Source of the DNA: Corallochytrium limacisporum Hawaii
Taxonomy: Eukaryota; Protista; Pluriformea
DNA length: 64,000 nucleotides
Reading direction: 5' to 3'
Assembly (NCBI GenBank): GCA_002811645.1
Contig: PDIP01000122.1
Location: 34,098-98,097, forward strand
In this document: positions 1-9,650 of the stretch, piece by piece
Layout of the letters: every line of letters begins with the position of its first letter
Numbering within the stretch: position 1 is the first letter of the stretch
Made by a program: the position numbers and the translations under genes
Notes under the pieces: generated by a model
What the model was told of the DNA's origin: nothing
Seen by the model: only the letters and a program-made list of their open reading frames with translations
Databases searched by the model: none

Positions 1-691
1 TAAATAATCATATAAATCACGATCCGGTATATATTTTCGAACGAAAATTTTGGTTGGATACGGAGTATACATTCAACTCAGAGGATAGTATATAAATGTA
101 GTCTTCCCCCGTGGATTTTTTTCTTTCCGGGGCCAAAGGGAAAGAAAGGGGTGTGGACCCGCGTAAGGGCTCAGAGGTAAACAATGCGCAGGCTGCTGGG
201 GCTTAACAACTGCCGCCGACGGAGGGTATGAGAATACGGGTCAGCTCCGGCTTCCTTTCTCGGTTTCGATGCGGGGAGAATTTCACTGTGCGCCAACAAA
301 AGGTCCGATCCGATTGCACAACAGTCTCCTATCTCCGCATGACACGGACACGCATATGTTACAAAGGCAAAGAACCGTGGGGGAGCTCATGAATCTGCCA
401 TGGAGTCCGCCAATGTCTCTCCCATCCTCATTCTCGTGACGTGTACAATCGTACTTAGAGTAGAAAGGTGTATTTTGAATGCCCAAAGGTGGGTAAAGTG
501 TTTGAACCGTCGTACTCTCTCGATTTACTTGGCATCAGGGCTGGCACTACGGTTCCGCGTGTGGCGAGATGGTGGTCCATCAATTTGGGGGTGCTGGTCG
601 ATGTGCACTGTCCAAATGTTACAGTGTAGAGTTCAGACTGGAGAGGGTGGAATTGAGCATGTGTACGTCGTTCAAGCTGCCGGTGATGCTC

Positions 692-2875
692 TCACTGTTG
701 GTTGAGTGTATTGTCTTGGTCGTCCATGGCGGTATCCTCCTCGTCTTCCTCGTCGGCCTTATCGGTGGTCTTCATGGCCTTGAGTTCAGAGATGAGGTAG
801 TTGAGCTCCTCGTCAGCTTCGTCCTCCTTTAGCTTGGTTTTTGTGCTCGCCAGACGGGCCAGCGACCCACTTAGCGTACCTAAAAGTTCGGCGCTGACGC
901 AGCGGCGCATGTCGGCCTTCGTGCTCTGTGCACGACTTACAGATGTTTTGCCTTGCATTTCGGCCGGGACACAATCCCCTTCGATGCCCACACGGCTGAG
1001 GCTTTCAGTGCTCCGGGACTCACGCACATTGTCACATTGGTTTGAGCCGTCATTCGACCACCCCGCACGCGCAAGAGTGGATCGATTGACATTCAAGGTG
1101 TTCTGCAGGTCCGGGTTGCGCTCAAGGTAGTTCTGCCGGATGACCAGAGCAACCTCTCTGTGGTCCTTAGCCATGGCCAGTCCGTACGCTGTCATGCGGA
1201 CATTATTGCGGAGCAGAATTTGGTCTGTATACGTCAGGAGCATCTGTGCGGCCCTGGCCTGGCCGTACAGGGCACAGACATGCAACGGCGTATTCCCCCG
1301 AGCGTTTAACTTGTTCACGGCTGCACCGGCCTCGCAAAGATAGTGGAGAAGTTCGTTGTGTCCGTATCGGGCAGCGACATGGAGCGGAGAGTGTCCATCA
1401 GCGTCACGCATGTCAAGAATAGATGGTGCCATAGCAAGGCGGAGCATGGGAGCGTGTCGCTTGCGCGGGGATAATGCAGAGCTGGCGGGTGAGGTCGTAC
1501 TTGGTGGTGGTGCGTCCAGAAGCGTACTCAAGGAGCCAAAGGACTGGCTCAGATACATATTCCTGCGACCCATTCCTGGGCCAGCGTTGTGCTGCTTGAC
1601 CTGGTCAGTCTGGATGGTGTACATGCGCTCGACAAGCTCGAGCTTGCCCTTGAATACGGCGTAGTGCAGGGAAGTGGTAATACCAGCGCTCGTACCTTCC
1701 ACGCCTGTGATACCGTACTTAAAGAGCAGGTCAGCGAGGCTAACACTGGTCTGGTCACGGAGCACGCACAGATCAAGCGCGGTATAGCCGTTTTGGTTGC
1801 GTGCACTGAGTAGGGCACCCACTCGAATAAGCATTTCCACGACCATGCCGTTACCGACACGACAGGCGAGAATCAGCGGCGTATCCCCACAGTTCAGCAC
1901 ACAATTTACGTTAAAGTCAGGGACGGTAATGATCTGCTTAACCTCATAGACATTGCTGGTAAGGATTGCAACCTGCAGTCGCTTACACCGCCGGCGCTGG
2001 TTACTGATCTTGGAAAATTGCTTTGAGTATGGCAAGTTCTTGAACAAAATCTGCACCGCTGGTGACGTCACGCCACAGTCTGCGAGAGTGCGTCGCTCCG
2101 GCAAGGGCCGGAGGTGGAGTAGTGTGTTAGGATGGCCGTAACTTTGCGGTGTGGCCACATAAAGGAATGCGTTTGCGTATTCCACACTGTAGCAGCGGTC
2201 CATGGAGCAAAGAATAGCCTCCTTAGCCTCTGCAACGGTCATAGCCGGACTTAGAGTGACCTCTTTGTAGGAAGTCATGCAACCAAGCAGGACACGGAAG
2301 GAAAACCGAGGGTGAATGGCGTCTAGGCACCGTTTCAGTTCGGGCACCGAGTCAAAGGCAACACTGGAAATCTGGGGGCGGGAAGACGAACTACGGTTTG
2401 CCCCAACCGCCAACGACTGTTGGGAATGTCGCCATGCCTGGTGCTGAGAAAGAACCCCGCCAGATTGTGCCGATTGCAAATACTCTTGTGACCCAAGTGG
2501 GGACACACTGCCATAGCTGCGGCGCATGTCAACCTCGCTGCTGCGATTCACAGGAGGCTCTGCTGAGACGGCCCGGCGTTCTTCGGGCGCTGGAGCGTCA
2601 AGCCCATCTGTAGACCGGGTAGAGTAGTTTGGCAGATCTCCCGTGCTCTGGCGCAGCGAGCTTGAGGACGTTGTGAGTGACTGATCGGACGCCCGAACAG
2701 TGGGCGGACTCGGTGATCTCACCCTCTGCATTTCCTCCTGGCTCTTGCGCAAACTGCCTCTCTGAGAAGCGCGGGTGATGGGCATATTCTGACTTCCTCG
2801 GTCATACTTTATGCTGCCAGATTGGACGATCGACCCCACACCGTAGGGCATACCCACACCGGCGGCGTGGCGCAT
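692..2875 (-). CDS. Shank-like protein: SPN (ubiquitin-like/FERM-F0) domain plus ankyrin repeats, without SH3/PDZ/SAM
   Basis: ATG at 2875 (the ORF track starts at an upstream TTG). AEAKEAILCSM and KQFSKI resemble Shank SPN (WAAKQRVLCAL, KQFAKL). The ankyrin segment NARGNTPLHVCALYGQ resembles Shank NASGNTALHICALYNQ. Confidence 0.8.
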   Translation of the reverse strand: MRHAAGVGMPYGVGSIVQSGSIKYDRGSQNMPITRASQRGSLRKSQEEMQRVRSPSPPTVRASDQSLTTSSSSLRQSTGDLPNYSTRSTDGLDAPAPEERRAVSAEPPVNRSSEVDMRRSYGSVSPLGSQEYLQSAQSGGVLSQHQAWRHSQQSLAVGANRSSSSRPQISSVAFDSVPELKRCLDAIHPRFSFRVLLGCMTSYKEVTLSPAMTVAEAKEAILCSMDRCYSVEYANAFLYVATPQSYGHPNTLLHLRPLPERRTLADCGVTSPAVQILFKNLPYSKQFSKISNQRRRCKRLQVAILTSNVYEVKQIITVPDFNVNCVLNCGDTPLILACRVGNGMVVEMLIRVGALLSARNQNGYTALDLCVLRDQTSVSLADLLFKYGITGVEGTSAGITTSLHYAVFKGKLELVERMYTIQTDQVKQHNAGPGMGRRNMYLSQSFGSLSTLLDAPPPSTTSPASSALSPRKRHAPMLRLAMAPSILDMRDADGHSPLHVAARYGHNELLHYLCEAGAAVNKLNARGNTPLHVCALYGQARAAQMLLTYTDQILLRNNVRMTAYGLAMAKDHREVALVIRQNYLERNPDLQNTLNVNRSTLARAGWSNDGSNQCDNVRESRSTESLSRVGIEGDCVPAEMQGKTSVSRAQSTKADMRRCVSAELLGTLSGSLARLASTKTKLKEDEADEELNYLISELKAMKTTDKADEEDEEDTAMDDQDNTLNQQ

Positions 2876-3447
2876 TGTTCTGTTCAATTAGTACTATTAG
2901 AGTGCCAATGCTTGCTCGCAATCTCTCGAGTTTTATCTAATCACCGATATACAAACTATTACTTTCTACATCACACAAACACTGCCACCATGGCCACATA
3001 TGCGAGGATCCAATCCCCATTGAGGGCGACTTCGAATACCTTTTCCGTCTGTCTATTACCAAGTGGTTACGTCCAATTCTTACTGCACGCGCACAGACAT
3101 TGGCACAGCACCGCATCTTCACGGGAAGATGAAGAACGATGAGCATGACCTGGGGAAGCCAATGGTCCGTGTGCGTTCGGTTTGCGCACACCACAGGGAT
3201 ACCACCCAGCGCAATGCGACTTGAGTCCTCCAAGAATACTTTAGTCTGGGGCTTCATTCTTCTTCACTAAGATGCAAGCCCTGGGGCGACCACAGGGAGC
3301 CGCCGTGCAATTCGCAACTGCCACCCCCCCCCCCCTAGCTTNNNNNNNNNNNNNNNNNNNNNNNNNNNNNNNNNNNNNNNNNNNNNNNNNNNNNNNNNNN
3401 NCCCCCCCCCCCCCCCTAGCTTTTCGCCCCCTTCACCCTCTCGCTCC

Positions 3448-3492
3448 CTCGCTCTCTCGCTCTCTCGCTCTCTCGCTCTCTCGCTCTCTCGC
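3448..3492. repeat. (CTCG/CT) microsatellite next to an assembly gap
   Basis: Tandem ctctcg-like units seen directly. Confidence 0.85.
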
Positions 3493-4212
3493 TGACTCGC
3501 CCAGCTGAGACCCCCCTCCGTCCGAACGAGCAAGTGCCGCCAACCCCGGCAGCAAGGGAAATGAGACCCCGACGAAACCGGCCCTTACTTGGGCACGGAC
3601 CCTCTCTCTCTCTCTCTCTGTCTCTCTCGCTCTCGCTCTCCCTCTATTTTTTTTTTTTCTTAGAGTTTCTGTGTTTCCTTCTGCCTTTCTCGACCAGAAA
3701 GGCGGGTTCTTCATTTCGCCTTCAACGGCGTGGGGTGGGAGGGGAGGGATCGGTCCCGGGCCAACCTTTGGCCATTTGCTGTGCCCCCCTATCCAAGTGG
3801 CCGAAGATACGTCCCGGAAGTCCAAGCGTTGTACAATGCGGTAATGAATTCTCTACCGATTCCACTCTACGCATTGTATTTTTAGCGGAACATGTGTGCG
3901 TTGGGAAGAGCGGCAGCAACCCTTGCCGGTCATTTTCTTTAGATTTTGACTGAACTCGCCCACACCCGCTCCCAACCCTCTTCCTTGCAGGGGAGGGAAA
4001 CTAACCAATCAAAGCCAAGAAATTTGGCCCCCTTGGCGGACAGTCCGGAGGCGTCGGTCCAATGGCTACCCAGCCGTGGGCCAACATTTGAATGCTTTTT
4101 CTCTGCGCATGCACAGGAATGTACGTCACGATGATGCGGTTCCCTTGTACCTTGCGTACCATGACCCTGATTCTGAGAAAATGCTTAAGTATGTATTTCA
4201 TCACTGTTGTTT

Positions 4213-5844
4213 CTATCCGACCTGGGCATCACGGTCCAGAGCTTCGCGGATGATGACGTTCGTGTTGGAGCCACGCGGATCGAGGTCGCGGGCCCACGAG
4301 AAGTTCATGGTGGCCTCCTCCGGCCGGCCTATCTTCTTGTAGATGCGACCCTTGAGAATGTAAACGCTGGATTCCATGGGGACCTCTTCCTCGAGCCGAC
4401 TTAGAACGGCCAGGGCCTCCTCATCCTTGCCGTTCGCGGACAGGAGGATGGCGCGGATAAAGACGACCAGTGGATTACCAGGCTCGGCCTCTTCGGCCCT
4501 GTCCAACTCCTGCAGTCCCTTTTCAATCTCTCCCCTGCTCTTCAGGCATAGCGCTACGTGCACGTAGAGCAGTGGGCTCTTGTCAAAGATTTGAATGGCT
4601 TGTTTAAAGAAACCCTCGGCCTGCTCGAAGAGTTCCTTGCGATAGTATATTAGACCCAGTCCATACCATGCATTGTAGTGGCGCGGACTGTTCTTGGTCG
4701 CGGACCGGAAGCACGTTTCCGCCTTCGCGTAGTCCTCGCTTAGAATGTACTCGTAGCCCAGTAGAGAGTATGCGTACGAGAAGGTTGGATCGCATTGAAT
4801 GGCCCGCTGGAAGAACTTGAGGGCCATATTGTGTTGATTCTGTAGATTGTAGCAATTACCGAGGGCACACCAGGTCTCCGCACTAAACCGGTTCCAAGTA
4901 TACAGGTCATTGCAGAGATAGCTCAGTTCCTTGTCGTCTTTCAGATGCCACAGTACAGTAGAGTAGACTTCCATGAGCTCCACCTCACTGGCATCACCTG
5001 GATGACACTGGCGGGCTTTCTTGAAGGCTTTCTGGCTATTTTTGTAGTCCCGCAAATCGTACCAAGCCCGTCCAGCCCGTGTATTAGCCCAGTAGGTGTC
5101 CTGCAGGTGTGGGGGCAGCGACTTGAGCAGTTCCAGTGCTGCCCTTGACTCAAAGGCCATGAGTTTCTCATAGGCTGCGTACAAGGTGGTAAATTCCTCA
5201 GTAAGATCGTCATCGGAAGTCATTGCCGCCGCTGCTTGGCTCTTGCGTGACGATCGTGTGGCCGGGCCTCCGCTGGAGCTGCTTTCCTGCGCAATGTTCC
5301 GCACGTCCTCTGCGCCTTGGAACCCGAGGTCTGCCAGGGCTTCGTAAGCAGCCCAGCACTTGGGATTCTTTTTCAGGGCAAGCGAATAGCATTCCGCCAC
5401 CTTGCCTTGCCAGGTTGGTACTTCAAGTTCCAAGTGCTGAAACAAATCACCCAGCAGCAGATACACTTCTCCTTTCCGGTCAGGAATACGCAAGACTATA
5501 GACTGCTCCGAAAAATCCTCCACAAGTGCATTGATCGCCGTCTCCCAGCGGCCTATCTTCAGAAGAAGCTGTGCGAATACGTACACTATGCTCCATTCTG
5601 TGTCCGTTGGTTTCGGCGACAATGCTGGGTTGTTGGCGTACTGGGCCAGGACGTCGACGGCCTTGTTGTACTGACCGTCTCCCTTTAGAGCGAGAGCATA
5701 CTGCAAGCCGATGTATGCGTCAGAGGGATACAGATGGTGCACCTGGCCGGCCAGAAACTTTGCTGATCTGTAGTCCTCGACTGTAATCATGTACTCCACG
5801 TCCTTGAGGATTTCATTCTTCGTCCAGCCCGTGGACCCCGGCAT
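4213..5844 (-). CDS. CDC27: APC/C subunit 3 (Cdc27), TPR protein
   Basis: 543 aa. Motifs MEVYSTVLWHLKDDKELSYL, ETWCALGNCYNLQ, YAYSLLGYE, PRHYNAWYGLG and MNFSWARDLDPRG are typical of Cdc27. Confidence 0.93.
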   Translation of the reverse strand: MPGSTGWTKNEILKDVEYMITVEDYRSAKFLAGQVHHLYPSDAYIGLQYALALKGDGQYNKAVDVLAQYANNPALSPKPTDTEWSIVYVFAQLLLKIGRWETAINALVEDFSEQSIVLRIPDRKGEVYLLLGDLFQHLELEVPTWQGKVAECYSLALKKNPKCWAAYEALADLGFQGAEDVRNIAQESSSSGGPATRSSRKSQAAAAMTSDDDLTEEFTTLYAAYEKLMAFESRAALELLKSLPPHLQDTYWANTRAGRAWYDLRDYKNSQKAFKKARQCHPGDASEVELMEVYSTVLWHLKDDKELSYLCNDLYTWNRFSAETWCALGNCYNLQNQHNMALKFFQRAIQCDPTFSYAYSLLGYEYILSEDYAKAETCFRSATKNSPRHYNAWYGLGLIYYRKELFEQAEGFFKQAIQIFDKSPLLYVHVALCLKSRGEIEKGLQELDRAEEAEPGNPLVVFIRAILLSANGKDEEALAVLSRLEEEVPMESSVYILKGRIYKKIGRPEEATMNFSWARDLDPRGSNTNVIIREALDRDAQVG

Positions 5845-6312
5845 TTTTTGTAGCCTCGTTGTTTTAGAATCTATCCAACGCTAAAAGATCTCTGCGTCAG
5901 GTCCCTTCACGTATCGTTGTTACAACCAAAAGTTCATTGCTATGAATCCCTGTTTGTCCTTTGATAAATATGTTGTGTTCGTTCTCTACTTTGGAACTTT
6001 TCACTGTGGCAGACTCTGATTTCCCGTTTGCTTTAGATAGGTGCCTTGGCAGGGTCTCACCGTGTGTCGTCTGAACGAACTGGTACGGCGCCCGGTGGCA
6101 GTCCCTTTTTTCGCGCCCAAAAAATGACAGAGCCCCTCCCCCACAAGGAGATCCAAACGGGGACCCGGCCCCCCTCCCTTACCAATATAAAAACACACAC
6201 AACCTCATTTTCACACACAAAGTATTGTGTTCCGAAGTCAGACGGCTCCATTCCCCCCCACCTTCGCAGGGGCCAAAGGCTGAATTTCCCAGCCCAGCCG
6301 AAATGGCGAATT

Positions 6313-6401
6313 CTATACTGAATATACTGTATGATTTCAGGCTTGATTCTTAATACTCAAATTGAGCGGAGAAATGCTATACTGAATATACCGCATTTCT
6401 C
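6313..6401. repeat. 15-nt direct repeat CTATACTGAATATAC; second copy sits inside a 9-bp inverted repeat
   Basis: Copies at 6313-6327 and 6377-6391. Arms GAGAAATGC (6369-6377) and GCATTTCTC (6393-6401). Confidence 0.8.
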
Positions 6402-6904
6402 AGCCTTCTGGCCAGCAGAGGGTGAGGAAGGGGGTGGGCCTTCCAACACAGCCTCTTCCCCCAATACTAAATGTACCTACGGCCAGGTCGTTTGCCCGGT
6501 TGCTTCTACTTGTCCGCCCCCAGCCGGGTTGGGGGTCGTAGTGCAATAGTGAATGTACCGTGCCGTCCCGGCTGCAGATGGGTTCTCCACACACCCCCTA
6601 ACCCGGTATGCAACCCTAACACCCTTGGACGGTTCCACCCGGCGGGAGCCCATCTGTGCCGTACTGAACAGACCGAGGGTTATGTACGCTTCCCTGGCGC
6701 CTTCTCACTTTGGGTTGGAAGTGCGAACACTTGTCGACACGCGCCAAGGGGTAACACACATGCCAGCTTGTGGCTCATTGGTTTCGTCCCTCGTGTCTTG
6801 CAAGCGAAGGTATTTTGGTGGATGTCATGCTTTGCAAGGAAGAAGGAGAGAAATGTACCAGTATTCTCTTAGGTCTGAATTATTTCTTATTGGAATCATT
6901 CAAT

Positions 6905-6982
6905 ATGAGGGCTAAGTGGAGGAAGAAGCGCATGAGGCGCCTGAAACGTAAGCGCCGTAAAATGCGTGCACGCTCCAAGTAA
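6905..6982 (+). CDS. RPL41: Ribosomal protein eL41/eS32
   Basis: MRAKWRKKRMRRLKRKRRKMRARSK, 25 aa, the essentially invariant eL41 sequence. Confidence 0.98.
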   Translation: MRAKWRKKRMRRLKRKRRKMRARSK

Positions 6983-8112
6983 ATGAGCAATTTAGTTTCC
7001 CAAGCACATTGAAGGGAGGTTGAACATGACGCGAGACATTGATCGCATACCGGGTGCATTCTTTGTTGATGTTGAGCTGCGTGAAGGGCTTTAGTGGTTC
7101 CGAATGCATATCTTTTTATCATGTTCGCATTGTTCGACGGCATGGGTTTTCTCTTGCCAGTCTTGACGCTCCCGTGACTATCTGTCCATTGAAGGATTGA
7201 GTGTCTCTTCTTTTTGGAGATCTCATATACTATGATCGACCTATCAGAGCTCGTGACGCCTTCAGAGGACGATGGTTCGGCCGCAGGATTAACGGATACC
7301 GTTGCAGGGCGGATGTTTTGACTCTTATAATCATAACCGGTCACTGAGGAGTTGAATGTTATCTGTTCTGTGTACTGTTCTGGGATGTCATGTCAGCCGC
7401 TTGTGCAGTTGATATCACTCTCCATTCTTGCTAGGTCCGGGTGTGTGTGTAGGTTTTTAGAACACATCTCTTTTCCCTTGATGTGGTCAATATTCATACT
7501 TATTCTCTATCATTTAAATAAATCATGTTATAGCCATTATCATCGGAAACCGCAGGTCACTTTTGTTTGCTTCTACCCACTGCCAGTAAGGTCTATATGT
7601 TTCAAAACGATGGATGTGACACAGGTGTCCGTGTTCCGATGGCATCCGTTTCGTCTGGCCGACATGTCAAATCCGTGACAAGGGGAGGTAGAATTCATTT
7701 CAGTGTGAACTATGTATATTTCGGAAAAAAACGAGTGAAGTGGGTGTTCTGGAGCGCACATCACACCCAACCGATTGATGTTCCGGGCCTTCCATTTTCA
7801 AAAAATGCGTCACTGCTTTCATGCATGCCACAAGACTAACAGACTTGTCAAGACCAACAAGGTATGTCGGCACAAAATTTGCAGAAATGATGGTCACAGA
7901 TCTGTCCCACAGGCCACGGGGACAGTTCCGTGTCATGGACATAACAGACAGTCACCAAGCCCTTCTTCGATCTAATTTCATACGAACGACGTAGTGCGCA
8001 AACCTTTGCCAAACAATGCTCCCTTTAAAATCTCTCCAGGGACACAAGCACTGCTGTTCCGGTGGCACGATTGGACCTTTGGCGTTGCCAATTCCTCCTT
8101 ACGTTCCTCTTT

Positions 8113-8739
8113 TTAGCAGCATCCAGCCTTCTTGGTCTCCTGGTTTCCCGCAGCGACCAGATCAACCTTGCCAGCGTTGATCTGGCCCCGAGTGTCAGTC
8201 TTGGGCAGCTTCTTGGCAATGGCCAGGAAGACTTCGTTGACATTCTGTGCAGTCTTGGCGCTGGTTTCCATGAACAGCAGGGAGTTATCGTCGGCGTAGG
8301 CCTGGGCCTCCTCAGTCGGAACTGCCCGCTTGGCAGCCAGATCGCTCTTGTTGCCAGCCAGGGCAATGATGATGTTGGGAGAAGCCTGACGCTGGAGTTC
8401 CTTAACCCAGATCTTTGCGCGAGTGAAAGTGTCTGGGCTGGTCACGTCGTACACGACAATAGCAGCCTGGGCACCGCGATAGTACATCGGGGCCAAACTG
8501 TGGTACCGTTCCTGGCCAGCAGTATCCCAAATCTCGAACTTGACTGTCACGTCATCCAGAACAACCGTCTGTGTCAAAAATGCGGCACCAATGGTAGATT
8601 CCTGGTACTCGTGGAACTGACCCTTCACAAAGCGCAGCACCAAGCTGGACTTTCCGACGGCGGACTCACCGAGGAGGACGAGCTTGAACTGGCAAATCTT
8701 CTGACCGCCGGTGCCGGCTGCGGCTGCGGATTGCGCCAT
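8113..8739 (-). CDS. RAB5: Rab5 GTPase
   Basis: [48 protein letters not shown] and a C-terminal CC prenylation motif. Confidence 0.97.
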   Translation of the reverse strand: MAQSAAAAGTGGQKICQFKLVLLGESAVGKSSLVLRFVKGQFHEYQESTIGAAFLTQTVVLDDVTVKFEIWDTAGQERYHSLAPMYYRGAQAAIVVYDVTSPDTFTRAKIWVKELQRQASPNIIIALAGNKSDLAAKRAVPTEEAQAYADDNSLLFMETSAKTAQNVNEVFLAIAKKLPKTDTRGQINAGKVDLVAAGNQETKKAGCC

Positions 8740-9326
8740 GGTTTCTGTTTTCTCAAGTAAATTTGGGTTCTTTGTCAGTCACAAAAATAATATTACAGGT
8801 CCGAAGGACTCCTTCTTTTTGTCACAAACACAATGTAATTTGCTGTTTGTAAACCGTCGCTTAAAGGCAGGATCCCAACCTACTGTGTTGCAACCTGCCG
8901 TATTTTTATGCTTATTTTGGCTGACGTTTTGACCTAAAAAAGGCAGTGATGACCATTCCTGCCCCAAAATACCCTCAACGTTATCTAAAGCATGTTACGT
9001 GACACCACTACAAACCTATTTTTCTGTCTTAGTATATCATGTTTCGGCGAACCACCGGAGGCATAGTGCTTTTGGGTTACCGCCGTGGGTGTGTGCTGTG
9101 TGCATTATCACGAAAGGCAATATTCTCTGCCGAACTACCAAGTTCCGCTGGTTCCCCCGGTTTGCCCTCGGCACACACCCATCCCCACCCCACTCTCACA
9201 CACCCCCCTTCCTCGAAAGGACAAAAGAAAAAATCACAAGTCATACCCAAACTATGAAAAAAAAAGGAAAGAGAACGATAAGGAAAAGAAGGAAAACATT
9301 GAAAACGAAACTAGCACCACAACACG

Positions 9327-9329
<3 letters not shown>

Positions 9330-9363
<34 letters not shown>

Positions 9364-9391
9364 GCCCGGACTGTCTATTAGTCTTAACCCT

Positions 9392-9430
<39 letters not shown>

Positions 9431-9554
9431 ACCCCGCAAGGGACTCACCCNNNNNNNNNNNNNNNNNNNNNNNNNNNNNNGTGTGCTTGCTTTGCCATCC
9501 GTCTCTCTCAGTGGGTATGTGTGGGTGTGTGTGTGTATGTCAGGCGGTGCTCCG

Positions 9555-9627
<73 letters not shown>

Positions 9628-9650
9628 ACCCCGCAAGGGACTCACCCACT
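9330..9650. repeat. (CA)n/(CT)n microsatellite cluster with duplicated flanks around an N gap
   Basis: (CA)n at ~9333-9360; (CT)n at ~9394-9422 and ~9555-9618. The sequence tctcaaccccgcaagggactcaccc occurs on both sides of the gap. Confidence 0.85.

Noticed and set aside
7585-8040. Possible + strand introns (GTAAGG..GACTAACAG; GTATGT..TCTCCAG)
   Set aside because: Lies in the convergent 3' region of RPL41/RAB5; the second lacks a branch point, and no snoRNA guide or ORF results
8062-8760. Long antisense ORFs over real genes (also 14779-15513, 29818-30573, 48146-48853, 59303-60004)
   Set aside because: Shadow ORFs caused by codon bias of the sense genes
8900-8950. TTTTTTAG|GTC upstream of RAB5 and TCTCTTAG|GTC upstream of RPL41 as trans-splice or UTR-intron acceptors
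   Set aside because: No branch point or paired donor, and the pattern is not general across genes; needs 5' transcript data
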